DNA of 27,055 nucleotides from a virus (taxonomy: Duplodnaviria; Caudoviricetes): positions 1-27,055 of the IMG/VR virus record IMGVR_UViG_3300020042_003596. One strand, 5' to 3'. Shown in pieces: positions 1-9,264 of the stretch (position 1 is the first letter of the stretch; each line of letters starts with the position of its first letter). The notes below the pieces were generated by a model that saw only the letters and a list, made by a program, of their open reading frames with translations, did not search any database and had not been told where the DNA came from. The translations under genes were made by a program, and so were the position numbers.

Positions 1-177
1 TGCTCAAACTGTGATTATTACGACAACTCATTTATGACCCAAGTGCGGATTGAGCGAATCCCAATGGCGGCCTATGACAAGGGCGCAGGTTTCAGGGGTC
101 ATTGCGAAAAGCTGAACTTTATTTGCAACGATATGCGGGTTTGTCAGGCTTGGGAAGACAGAGAGTACGAGGATTGA
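1..177 (+). CDS. 3' end of a small Cys-rich phage protein (partial; HiPIP-like Cys spacing)
   Basis: Frame 1 is open from base 1 to TGA 175-177: CSNCDYY...GHCEKLNFICNDMRVCQAWEDREYED. Not in the ORF track. Confidence 0.7.
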   Translation, partial: CSNCDYYDNSFMTQVRIERIPMAAYDKGAGFRGHCEKLNFICNDMRVCQAWEDREYED

Positions 178-255
178 CCTTTTGCCAATTTGTGCGAAAA
201 TCAAGTCGCTGAGTCTATCTGGCATCCAGCGGCCATCCCTACATAGGAGTTGTGC

Positions 256-699
256 ATGACCGATGGACTGCGAGAGAACCTAACAAAGATTTTTATGCTA
301 CCTGAATCAGCCGTTGAGTGGTTGATGATGGTGTATGACGCAATCCAAGTCTTTGATGATGTAGCGGATGGCGATACAGTCGAGCGCAAAGACCTAAATG
401 CGGTCATTTGGAATACGCTGGTGGGTATACCCCAGAATGCTTTTTTCATTGCCAACAACCACCATCTAGTGCCTTTGCTGGCAACAAACATTCTCAAGTG
501 GCAAGCGTCAGATACGGCAGAGCGCAATAAACAGGCAGATGCCAAATCGTTCATGTGGCGTGCTGGGTATTACGATCTAGTTTTGATGGCAGTTTCGCTG
601 GTGCATGGTGCTGGTTTTGCCACGCTGAATGGTCATCATGTGATGGCTTTGTATGGCGAAAAATTTGAAGATTATTTGAAGGAGTTTGGTAATGCCTGA
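256..699 (+). CDS. Hypothetical helical protein with DDxxD motif (isoprenoid-synthase/prenyltransferase-like)
   Basis: AGGAG at 245-249, ATG at 256. Motif QVFDDVADGD. Stop overlaps the start of the next gene. Confidence 0.75.
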   Translation: MTDGLRENLTKIFMLPESAVEWLMMVYDAIQVFDDVADGDTVERKDLNAVIWNTLVGIPQNAFFIANNHHLVPLLATNILKWQASDTAERNKQADAKSFMWRAGYYDLVLMAVSLVHGAGFATLNGHHVMALYGEKFEDYLKEFGNA

Positions 700-1426
700 T
701 CCAGTCACAGCAATGGTGGTAGGTGGAACTGCGCTTGTTAGCAGTTACACGCAAGGTGAAGCGGCAAAAAGTGCCGCAGGCACACAAGCAGGAGCCGCAC
801 AAGCAGGAATTGCCGAACAGCGTTCTGCCTTTGATAAGTTGCAAGCTTTGCTTCAACCTTATGTTGATGTTGGCGGTCCAGGCATTACTGGTTTAAAACC
901 ATACGCAGAGGCAGGTGCGACAGCTTTTGAACAACAACAAGCCTTGATTGGCTTGCGTGGTCCAGAAGCAGAACGTGCCGCCATTGAGAGAATCACTGGT
1001 GGGGCTAGATTTCAAGAAATGGCCCAGCAGGGTGAAGAAGCATTATTGTCGGGTGCATCAGCTACTGGTGGTTTGAGAGGTGGCAATATTCAGGGTGCAT
1101 TAGCCCAATACCGCCCTGCACTTCTATCCAGTTTGATTGAACAGCAGTATGGAAAGTTGGGTGGATTGGCAGATATTGGTCGTGAAACACAAACAAATCT
1201 GGCAAAAATTGGTCAAGCGTCTGCCGCTGGTGTAGGGGCACAAGGCGTTACAACTGGAACGAATGTTTCGAATCTATTAGCGCAACAAGGTGCGGCACAA
1301 GCTGGTGGTCAAATAGGTGAGGCTAGAGCTTATGGGCAACTGTTGAACTTACCTGCTCAGTTTCTTGGTATGCAGATGGGTGCTGGCGGCAAAGCTGGTA
1401 TGGGCTTTGGTTCACTTTTTGGATAA
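692..1426 (+). CDS. DNA ejection/pilot protein (P22 gp7-like)
   Basis: AAGGAG then ATG at 692. Gly/Ala/Gln-rich with a hydrophobic N-terminus; first of three ejection-type genes preceding the head-binding gene. Confidence 0.75.
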   Translation: MPDPVTAMVVGGTALVSSYTQGEAAKSAAGTQAGAAQAGIAEQRSAFDKLQALLQPYVDVGGPGITGLKPYAEAGATAFEQQQALIGLRGPEAERAAIERITGGARFQEMAQQGEEALLSGASATGGLRGGNIQGALAQYRPALLSSLIEQQYGKLGGLADIGRETQTNLAKIGQASAAGVGAQGVTTGTNVSNLLAQQGAAQAGGQIGEARAYGQLLNLPAQFLGMQMGAGGKAGMGFGSLFG

Positions 1427-1429
1427 AAC

Positions 1430-2806
1430 ATGGCAACCATCAATCCATTCATGCAACCAATCAATTACTCAACTGATGTTCAAAGTCCGTTTGAGTCGGC
1501 TTTGGGCGGCTTTAAACTTGGTGCTGGTATTGCTGAAGTCCAAGCCGCACAGCAAAAGCGTGAACTGGAAATCGCGGCATTAGCGCAAGCACAAAGGCGA
1601 CAGACTGAACTTCAGAACTTGTATTCAAACCCTAACGCAACAAGTGCAGATTTTGCAAGAGTAGCTGCATTTTTACCAAAAGATCAAGCTGATCGTGTTA
1701 TTAAAGGTTTTGAAGCACAAACGGCAGAACAACAACAGGATACATTAAGCACTGGTGCTAGGGCATATGCCGCTGTTACATCAGGCAATTTAGATGCGGC
1801 CCGTAGTTTGCTTCTGCAAAAAGCAGAGGGACTGCGAAATAGTGGCCGAGAAAAAGAAGCGGCAACCTTTGATGATTATTCAAACATGATTGCGCTTAAC
1901 CCAACTGGCGCACGTGCCAATATTGGGATATTAATGTCCACATTACCAGGCGGTAAACAGTTTTTGGAAAACGCTGATAAGGCATTAAGCACAATCAGGG
2001 CTGAAGATCAAAAAGGACCAACTCTTGCTAAATTGGAAGCTGAAGCAATAGAAAAAGGCGTTATGGCAGAATTTGCTAGACCGATTGCCGAAGCTAATCT
2101 TGCAAAACTAAATAAAGAAAAACTTGCCCCAAGTGTGCAAGAGGCAATAGATTTTGCAAACTTAAATCCAGATCAACAAAAAACATTTTCCGCATTGCAA
2201 GTTCTAAAAAAACCAGCAGGTGCAGTTACAAATGTAAATGTAACCAACTTAGAAAAAACAGCAGAAGGTGAACTTGGCAAATTAATACCTGATTTATATA
2301 ATCAAGCTAATTCAGCGGCAAGTCAGTTGGGTGATTTACCAAGATACCGAAAAGCATTAGGTGTTGCCATTACGGGTCCATTAGCAAATGTCCGACTTGA
2401 TGCAAACAGAATTGGCGAAGTATTGGGTTTTACTGGTGATACAAAAATCAATGCAACCAGAGAATTGATACAAGGACTTTCTGAGATGGCTTTGAAGTCA
2501 CGTTCAATGCTGACTGGTCAAGGTGCAATCACAGATAGAGAACAAGCACTTTTATTGCAAGCGCGCAGTGGTGACATAACTTTTTCAAAAGGCGAGTTGG
2601 ATACCATTTTTAATGTTGCAGAACGTGCGGCAAAAGCCCAATACGAAAAAAGCAAAAAACTTTTGAGTTCTGCCGCCACAAAAAGCCCGACAGCACAAAT
2701 GTTTTTAGATAATGTTGAGGCATTACCTGGGACTGGTGCACTAAATCCCTCTGAACAATCTGAACTGGACGCTTTGCGTGCAAGATTCCCTGGGAGTAGG
2801 AGATGA
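1430..2806 (+). CDS. DNA ejection/transfer protein (P22 gp20-like position)
   Basis: 458 aa, Ala/Gln-rich helical composition. Assigned by synteny between the gp7-like and gp16-like genes. Confidence 0.65.
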   Translation: MATINPFMQPINYSTDVQSPFESALGGFKLGAGIAEVQAAQQKRELEIAALAQAQRRQTELQNLYSNPNATSADFARVAAFLPKDQADRVIKGFEAQTAEQQQDTLSTGARAYAAVTSGNLDAARSLLLQKAEGLRNSGREKEAATFDDYSNMIALNPTGARANIGILMSTLPGGKQFLENADKALSTIRAEDQKGPTLAKLEAEAIEKGVMAEFARPIAEANLAKLNKEKLAPSVQEAIDFANLNPDQQKTFSALQVLKKPAGAVTNVNVTNLEKTAEGELGKLIPDLYNQANSAASQLGDLPRYRKALGVAITGPLANVRLDANRIGEVLGFTGDTKINATRELIQGLSEMALKSRSMLTGQGAITDREQALLLQARSGDITFSKGELDTIFNVAERAAKAQYEKSKKLLSSAATKSPTAQMFLDNVEALPGTGALNPSEQSELDALRARFPGSRR

Positions 2807-5121
2807 GTGATAGGGAGGAACTTAATGCTTTACGCCGTTTGGCTGAGTTAGAGGCCAAAGCTGGTCCACAACAACCAGCACAAGCAGAACCGCCAAAAAT
2901 GGGGTTTTTTGAGGGTATTGCCGAATCAGTAACTGGTCGTGCCCGTGCGACACCAGAGACGCAAGCATTGCCTGAGTGGACTGGTATGCCCGAACTCAAT
3001 GAAATGAGTGTTGCGAGTTTTAAGTCTGCATTGGGCACTTTGTTGTCTAACCCAAAAGAAACTGTACAGATTTTGCAATCCAACTTTCCACAACTTGGTG
3101 TAAGGCAAGATGCAAAAGGAAATTTCATTCTGCGTTCAAGTGTTGACCAAAAAGAATATGCAATACCACCTGGTTTTTCTGCTGGTGATATTCCACGTGC
3201 TTTAGGTGGTTTGTTGGCTTTCACGCCAGCAGGTAGGGCAACAACTATTGCTGGTGCGGCTGGCAAAGCTGGATTAACTCAATTGGGTATTGAGGCCACA
3301 CAAGCCGCAACTGGTGGAGAGATCAGTCCGTCAGAAATAGCCATAGCAACTGCTACAGGTCCAGCAGGACAGATTATTCAAAGAGCTGTCCCGCCAGTAG
3401 TTACGGCAGTAAAAAAGGCTGTGCAACGTCCAGCACCAGTTCCAGTTCCAAGAGTGGAACCACAAATGCAAGCTGGTGCGCCTATGGGGACAGCATTAGC
3501 ACCAGAAGGCTCTGCGGTTGTTCAAGCTGTTGAGGAAGTTATTACCCCACCTGTTACGCCAGCCGTAACACCAACTGTTGTTGCTGAAGTAACAGAAGAA
3601 GAAGTTGGCAATTTGGTCAAAAAAGCATCAGGTTCTGGCTTTGGTTCAACTGCGGCACGGGATAGATTGGCTGACTTGGCGCAGATCAATGTGGCGGCAA
3701 AAGATGCCGCTGATCGCCTTGGAATTCAACTACCTGCTGATGTATTCAGCGATAACCCACAAGTAAGGGCGGCGGCTGGTTTAACACGTTCTGTTGCTGG
3801 CGGTGAAGCAGAGGCCGCATGGCGAAATACAGTAACTCAAGCTGTTGACAAGGCAGATGACGCAATAAAGCAGTTTGATGCAACTTTTGTTGAAGGCGCG
3901 ATTGCGCCTGGAGTCGTTTCACAAAAAATCAAAGATTCTCTGACCAAAACACGTTCAGACCTTAACACTGCGGCTGGAAAAATATATAACTCAGTTGATG
4001 AAAAAGTGCCCAAAACAACCGTAGTTGATTTGCCAAAATTGCGCGAAACACTTGATGCGGTAAAAGCTGAAGTTGGTGATGCTGGAATGTCTGTTGCCGA
4101 ACGTAATTTGGCAAAGATGATTGAGGCTGGCAACGTAACTTATGGACGATTAAAACGAGAAAAGTCGTTAATTGGTAATGCGCTAAATAAATTGGAATCA
4201 CCATACGGAAGCATGGCTGAAGCTGATCTGAAACGACTGTATGCGGCTTTAGCTGACGATCAACTGACCAATGTTGGAAATGTTGGTGGCGAAACATTAC
4301 GACAAGAACTGCGAGCCGCCAATCTTTTGTATGCCAAAGAACGGGCATTGGGCAAGCGCATTGTTAATGCGTTTGGTCAAGATATTGAAGGTAGCGTAGC
4401 CAATAAGATGCGTACCGCAATCACAGGTGCAGCCAAGGGCGATGCTGGCGAGTTCAATCGCTTGCTAAAGACCGTTCCAGAGGATTTACGCAAAGAGACA
4501 ATAGCCACTGCGCTGGCATCTGTCACGCGCTCTGCTAGAGGCGCTGAAAAGGGTGGATTCGGATTCTCCGAGTTTGCTGATTTATACCCCAAGCTAAGAG
4601 CCAACCCACCTGTTTTTAAGACCATTGTGGACACGTTGGGCAAAGACTCAGCAGATGTACTGAGGGACTTGTTTGAGGTCTCCAAGCGGGTTACAGAAGC
4701 ACGGGCAAACGTGCTGACAACAGGAAAAGCAAATCAAGCACTGTTGCAAGGAATGCAAGCTGAAAGTTTGATTGGTAAAGTCATGGAAAGCACACTTGCA
4801 AAAGGTGTGGTTACTGGTGCGGCGGCTACTGGTGGTCCTGTATTAGCTGGTGCGGCATCTGTCATTACAAGTGCATTCACGCAAGGTAATAAGGATGCTT
4901 TAAAGTCGGCTGGTAAATTGTTTGCTGATGAAAGTTTCCAAAGTCTTGCAATAGAAGCGGCAACAAAAGGCGAAAGTGCCGCAAGCCTACGCAAAGCCGC
5001 TACATCACCTGCATTCAGTAAATTTGCAGATGCTGTTGGTATGCCAAAGAATGTTGATGCGAGAATCCAGTTCTTACAAAGCGCAATCCAAGCTGGACAG
5101 GCCACACAGGAGAATGAATAA
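2803..5121 (+). CDS. Large DNA ejection/transfer protein (P22 gp16-like)
   Basis: 772 aa, ATGA overlap with the previous gene, Pro-rich linker, Ala-rich helical C-terminal half; directly upstream of the head-binding gene. Confidence 0.7.
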   Translation: MSDREELNALRRLAELEAKAGPQQPAQAEPPKMGFFEGIAESVTGRARATPETQALPEWTGMPELNEMSVASFKSALGTLLSNPKETVQILQSNFPQLGVRQDAKGNFILRSSVDQKEYAIPPGFSAGDIPRALGGLLAFTPAGRATTIAGAAGKAGLTQLGIEATQAATGGEISPSEIAIATATGPAGQIIQRAVPPVVTAVKKAVQRPAPVPVPRVEPQMQAGAPMGTALAPEGSAVVQAVEEVITPPVTPAVTPTVVAEVTEEEVGNLVKKASGSGFGSTAARDRLADLAQINVAAKDAADRLGIQLPADVFSDNPQVRAAAGLTRSVAGGEAEAAWRNTVTQAVDKADDAIKQFDATFVEGAIAPGVVSQKIKDSLTKTRSDLNTAAGKIYNSVDEKVPKTTVVDLPKLRETLDAVKAEVGDAGMSVAERNLAKMIEAGNVTYGRLKREKSLIGNALNKLESPYGSMAEADLKRLYAALADDQLTNVGNVGGETLRQELRAANLLYAKERALGKRIVNAFGQDIEGSVANKMRTAITGAAKGDAGEFNRLLKTVPEDLRKETIATALASVTRSARGAEKGGFGFSEFADLYPKLRANPPVFKTIVDTLGKDSADVLRDLFEVSKRVTEARANVLTTGKANQALLQGMQAESLIGKVMESTLAKGVVTGAAATGGPVLAGAASVITSAFTQGNKDALKSAGKLFADESFQSLAIEAATKGESAASLRKAATSPAFSKFADAVGMPKNVDARIQFLQSAIQAGQATQENE

Positions 5122-5613
5122 ATGTCAGCACTATCAGTAGAACCACCATACCCAGCGTTCGCGGATGCTGATGGTCAACCGCTTGAAGATGGCTACATCT
5201 GGATTGGCACTGTCAACCTAAACCCGATCACCAACCCGATTGTGGCTTATTGGGATTCATTACTGACGATCACTGCTGTTCAACCAATCCGCACCAGTGG
5301 GGGTTATCCTGTCTACCAAGGCACACCATCACGCATCTACACGGCAAGCGATTACTCCATTCAGGTGCAGAACAAAAACGGCACGGTGGTTTATACATCG
5401 CTTAACGGCAACGCTTTCCCTGGTTCTGCTGGCAATCTTGTTGCGAATGCAACTGGTACAGGAACGCAGACTGTCTTTTCTGTTGCTTTTGTGCCAAGTC
5501 TTATCTACATCAATGGCGTGTATCAAAACCAAAACACATATACGCTTGCTGGCGGTAACGTAACATTCACACAAGCACCACCATTCACCTCTATCATTGA
5601 ATTTGTATTCTGA
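5122..5613 (+). CDS. Tailspike head-binding domain protein (P22-type), stand-alone adaptor
   Basis: PYPAFADADGQPLEDGYIWIG...NPI.AYWD...QPIRTSGGYPVYQG...YSIQVQNKNG matches the P22 head-binding pattern, followed by a short beta domain (YINGVYQ...TFTQAPP). Confidence 0.85.
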   Translation: MSALSVEPPYPAFADADGQPLEDGYIWIGTVNLNPITNPIVAYWDSLLTITAVQPIRTSGGYPVYQGTPSRIYTASDYSIQVQNKNGTVVYTSLNGNAFPGSAGNLVANATGTGTQTVFSVAFVPSLIYINGVYQNQNTYTLAGGNVTFTQAPPFTSIIEFVF

Positions 5614-5623
5614 GGAATAAACC

Positions 5624-6727
5624 ATGTTAAAAGCAATCTCAACCATCACAAACGCGCTTGGTGCTTTGAACTACAAAGGCACATGGAATGCCTCAAGCAA
5701 TACGCCAACATTGGCAGATGGCACTGGCGCGAAGGGTGACTACTATGTGGTGAGCACCGCAGGAACGCAGACTTTTGGTGGCATTCAATTATTCTTTGGG
5801 ACTGGTGACTGGATAGCTTACAACGGTGCAGTCTGGCAACGAGTCGAGGGTGGTTCTGATGGCAACTTTGCCAATGTAACCCTAACCTCTACGGATGCAG
5901 GTGCGGCAGCGGCCCCATTACTGGAGTTATATAGAGACTCAGCAACTCCAGCGGCATCTGACACCCTTGGCGAGATTGAATTTAACGGTGAAGATTCTGC
6001 TGGAAACAAACAAGCCTACGGTTTAATTCACGGATCTATTCTCAGCCCAACGTCAACTGCTGAACAAGGCCAGCTTCATTTTGAGACCGCGACTGCTGGC
6101 GTATTGACAGAGAAGATGATTATTGGCACAACCAATCTTGTGATTAACGAAATCGGTGCTGTATTTAACGTGCGGATTGAAGGCGATACAGACGCTAATT
6201 TGTTTTGCACCGATGCAACAAACAGCCGCATAGGTATTGGCACAGTTAGTCCTACTGATAAAGTAGATGTTGTTGGCAATATTAAATTGTCAGGAAATGT
6301 AGTTGTTGCAAGTGGTCAAGGCATTGACTTTACTGCTACTGCTGGCACAGGTACAAGCGAGTTGTTGGCTGACTATGAAGAAGGCACTTGGACGCCAGCA
6401 GATAATTCTGGTGCTGGTTTGACCATTACTGTTCAAAGCGCAAGGTATACAAAAATTGGTCGAATGGTTCTTGTGACTGCATATATTATTTATCCCGCAA
6501 CTGCCAGCGCAACAGCCGCCGCATTAAGTGGATTACCTTTTACTGTTGCAAATTTGGAGTTCTCACCTTTTTCCTCAACAAGCGGCTCAGGTACTGCAAT
6601 ATCAATTCAGGGAAATCAAAATTCAACCAACATGACTATAGTTACCCCTGCAAATTTTAACGTTGCTGTAACTAATGCAACTTTAAGTGGCGCAGGAATT
6701 ATACTTTCTGGTCAATACAACGTATAA
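5624..6727 (+). CDS. Tail fiber / receptor-binding protein
   Basis: N-terminal YKGTWNAS...GDYYVV...GDWIAYNG..WQ, Gly/Thr-rich shaft, C-terminal DYEEGTWTP...YTKIGRMV...GLPF tip motif common in phage fibers. Confidence 0.8.
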   Translation: MLKAISTITNALGALNYKGTWNASSNTPTLADGTGAKGDYYVVSTAGTQTFGGIQLFFGTGDWIAYNGAVWQRVEGGSDGNFANVTLTSTDAGAAAAPLLELYRDSATPAASDTLGEIEFNGEDSAGNKQAYGLIHGSILSPTSTAEQGQLHFETATAGVLTEKMIIGTTNLVINEIGAVFNVRIEGDTDANLFCTDATNSRIGIGTVSPTDKVDVVGNIKLSGNVVVASGQGIDFTATAGTGTSELLADYEEGTWTPADNSGAGLTITVQSARYTKIGRMVLVTAYIIYPATASATAAALSGLPFTVANLEFSPFSSTSGSGTAISIQGNQNSTNMTIVTPANFNVAVTNATLSGAGIILSGQYNV

Positions 6728-6740
6728 CGGGAACAGTATT

Positions 6741-8102
6741 ATGGCGTTAACCAAAGTTTCTTACTCAATGATTGATGGTGCTGCTGTCAATTTTCTTGAC
6801 TATGGCGCAAGCACAACAGCAACATCAGCGCAGAATAAAACGGCGTTGGTTGCTGCTCTTGCCGCAAGTAACTCGGTTTATATACCCGCTGGAACATACA
6901 ACATTGACGGCAACATAAACATCAAAGATAAAACAGTTTTTGGCGAGCCAACAACTTTTGGCGCTACTACGGGTTCAAAATTAGTTTTGTCTGGCTCAAA
7001 TACCAATGACACATTGTTCAACAATGGCGGCAGTCTTAGTACGGCATGGGGAACTGGTGGGGGATGTTACTTAAGAGATTTGTATTTTGTAGGTAATTGG
7101 GATGGTGTGGGCAGTAATCCAAACACTGTAACCAACATAGCAAACATCGGCGCACTGGTTGCATTTTTTGGTGGCGCGTATGTGATTATTCAAGATTGTA
7201 CTTTTTACAGGTCTTTTGGTTTTGCCATTTTCAATTGGTTGCTTGGCTATTCTTCATACCAAACAAACAGAATCTTTGCTTGTGCTAAAAACGGCATCCA
7301 CATTACTGGTACTGGAGTTGGCAATGACTTCCCAACCAGCAGTAACATTATGAATTGTTCAATAGGAACAATTCGTGGAACAGACTCAACGACTGGGGGC
7401 AGTGCAATTTACTATGCTAACTCAGTAGGAATGGCGGTAATTGGTAATGTGCTTGAAGATGTAACAAATGGAGTTAAAATTGATGGTGGCACAAACCGCA
7501 ATATTTCTCTTGTTAGCAACCATATTGAGTCCTACACAACTGCGGGTGTAAATTATGCTGGCTCTGGCACTGGCCTTGGATTATTTGGTAACTATTTTTC
7601 CACAACTTCGCCACCTGCCATTTTGCAATCAAACCCACTTTTCACAACTTACACGGCTTGGGCAAATAACAGTTTGGTTCCAACGATTGAAGGAACATTA
7701 AGCAGTAACATAATTCAGCAATACAGTACGCCAACATTTAGCGCGGGTAATTTCACATCAGATGTTGGAACTTGGGTAGTGGAGTCTGCGGATGTTTTGA
7801 CTTATCAATACCAGATTATTAACAAAACAATGACGATTAATTTTTATATTATAACGGCAACCGTTACTGGGACACCAACACAATTGCGGATTAGCGTTCC
7901 AGATGCAAAATTTTCTTTTTCAAGGACTGCTGTTCCCTTTGGATATTGGGACAACCAGATTGGCACTGGTGGTGTTGGTCAAGCAACTATTTTGCCAAAT
8001 ACTAACATTATTATTCTGGCTAAAGACATAGCGTCAACAGCGTGGACAAATAGCACAAACCAAACGTATGTTTGGGGTCAAATAACTTTTGACATTCAGT
8101 AA
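6741..8102 (+). CDS. Tailspike with predicted beta-helix (pectate-lyase-like) domain
   Basis: Likely start MALTKVSYSMIDGAAVNFLDYGA, then VYIPAGTY; Asn/Gly-rich parallel beta-helix-like repeats. Confidence 0.8.
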   Translation: MALTKVSYSMIDGAAVNFLDYGASTTATSAQNKTALVAALAASNSVYIPAGTYNIDGNINIKDKTVFGEPTTFGATTGSKLVLSGSNTNDTLFNNGGSLSTAWGTGGGCYLRDLYFVGNWDGVGSNPNTVTNIANIGALVAFFGGAYVIIQDCTFYRSFGFAIFNWLLGYSSYQTNRIFACAKNGIHITGTGVGNDFPTSSNIMNCSIGTIRGTDSTTGGSAIYYANSVGMAVIGNVLEDVTNGVKIDGGTNRNISLVSNHIESYTTAGVNYAGSGTGLGLFGNYFSTTSPPAILQSNPLFTTYTAWANNSLVPTIEGTLSSNIIQQYSTPTFSAGNFTSDVGTWVVESADVLTYQYQIINKTMTINFYIITATVTGTPTQLRISVPDAKFSFSRTAVPFGYWDNQIGTGGVGQATILPNTNIIILAKDIASTAWTNSTNQTYVWGQITFDIQ

Positions 8103-8119
8103 TTTTAAAGGAAACAATC

Positions 8120-8392
8120 ATGGCACTTAGAAAAAACATTGAATTTACACCAAATGGATTTGATTCTGCGGCGCGTCTGAACAATGCATATATTAAAGTT
8201 GATACAGTTTCTGGAAATAAAAGTACTGTTGAAATAACGGTAATGATTTACAGTGAAAAAAATGATCAAAAAACACCAGTACAAGCAAAAAAATACACGT
8301 TTGCTCCAAGTATGGGGAATAAAAATTTTATTGCCCAAGCCTATGAGCATTTGAAAACATTGCCAGAGTTTGATGGCGCTGAAGACTGTTAA
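8120..8392 (+). CDS. Small tail-associated protein (possible fiber chaperone)
   Basis: AAGGA RBS. C-terminal FIAQAYEHLKTLPEFDGAEDC resembles small proteins that follow phage fibers. Confidence 0.65.
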   Translation: MALRKNIEFTPNGFDSAARLNNAYIKVDTVSGNKSTVEITVMIYSEKNDQKTPVQAKKYTFAPSMGNKNFIAQAYEHLKTLPEFDGAEDC

Positions 8393-8398
8393 CCCGTA

Positions 8399-8457
8399 CC
8401 AGTTCGGAAAACTGGAAACCTTAATGCCACGATGGATTTCGTGGCTGGAAACAAGGA
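8399..8457 (+). promoter_or_regulatory. Double-hairpin intergenic leader with GGA motifs
   Basis: CCAGTT-cggaa-AACTGG (8399-8415) and GCCACGA-tggatt-TCGTGGC (8426-8445). CTGGAAAC occurs at the 3' foot of each hairpin. Five GGA in 52 nt. Confidence 0.5.
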
Positions 8458-8463
8458 AATATC

Positions 8464-8712
8464 ATGGCTCTCGAAAAAGTTGAAGTTGTTGATCTAATTG
8501 AAGTGTTAGAAAATGGATGTATTCAAGTTCGCACTTGCACACGCATCATGGAAGATGGAGTGCAAATCAGTGGCACATTCCACCGTCATGTAGTTGCCCC
8601 AGGTGATGATTACAGTACGGAAGATGCCAAAGTGAAAGCAATTGCCGCATCCATTCATACTGCTGGCGTAATTGCGGCATACCAAGCAACCATTGCGGTA
8701 CAAGGAGTCTGA
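8464..8712 (+). CDS. Small tail-associated protein (possible fiber chaperone)
   Basis: AAGGA RBS. Motifs IQVRT.TRIMEDG and FHRHVVAPGDDYS.ED..V.AIA resemble small fiber-associated phage proteins. Confidence 0.7.
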   Translation: MALEKVEVVDLIEVLENGCIQVRTCTRIMEDGVQISGTFHRHVVAPGDDYSTEDAKVKAIAASIHTAGVIAAYQATIAVQGV

Positions 8713-8713
8713 T

Positions 8714-9067
8714 ATGTCCACTAATTCACAAATTGCATTTGCCCCACTTGGCGAGACTGTAGTTGTCCCTGCGGCGGCAAGTGCCCCTACGGGCGTTCAA
8801 GCGTTGGTTAGCGGCAGACTGGATGCACAGGGCACAGGTCAATACCGAATCATCAATGACAGCACCTACACGGTGTTTCTGGGTGTTGGTACGACTGCGG
8901 CACTGGCTACGGCAAACGCTGTTGCGCCAGTCTCAGGAAACCCAAGTCCAGCCATTGTGCTTGTTCCTGGTGCTGTTGAGATTCTGCGCTTTGCACGCAC
9001 ATCGTATTTCAGCGGTCTTGCATCAGCGGCGGCAACTGTGTACATCGTGCAAGGCGAGGGCATTTGA
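8714..9067 (+). CDS. Hypothetical virion-associated beta-rich protein
   Basis: AAGGAG then ATG at 8714 (MSTNSQIAFAPLG...); 117 aa. Confidence 0.7.
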   Translation: MSTNSQIAFAPLGETVVVPAAASAPTGVQALVSGRLDAQGTGQYRIINDSTYTVFLGVGTTAALATANAVAPVSGNPSPAIVLVPGAVEILRFARTSYFSGLASAAATVYIVQGEGI

Positions 9068-9264
9068 TGCTTGAGGATACCGACACACGGCTGGCGGTAC
9101 ATGAGGCGGTATGTGCTGAAAGGTACACCGCCATTGAAAAGTCGTTTGAGTCTGGTTCACAGCGCATGACCCGCATAGAGTATTTGCTCTATGTGTTGAT
9201 TGCGGCTGTTTTACTTGGGCCTGGTTTTGCTGGTGAACTTGTAAAAAAAATACTGGGGTTGTAA
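9067..9264 (+). CDS. Small membrane protein, XhlA/holin-like
   Basis: RLAVHEAVCAERY coiled coil plus a C-terminal TM segment (YLLYVLIAAVLLG); first gene of the lysis cassette. Confidence 0.7.
   Translation: MLEDTDTRLAVHEAVCAERYTAIEKSFESGSQRMTRIEYLLYVLIAAVLLGPGFAGELVKKILGL

Noticed and set aside
2610-5105. Several antisense ORFs (e.g. 2610-3266, 3837-4133, 4377-4685, 4734-5105)
   Set aside because: Shadow frames of the long ejection genes, with no RBS or motif support.
5624-8102. Diversity-generating retroelement target in the tail genes
   Set aside because: No reverse transcriptase and no TR/VR repeat pair seen in the window.
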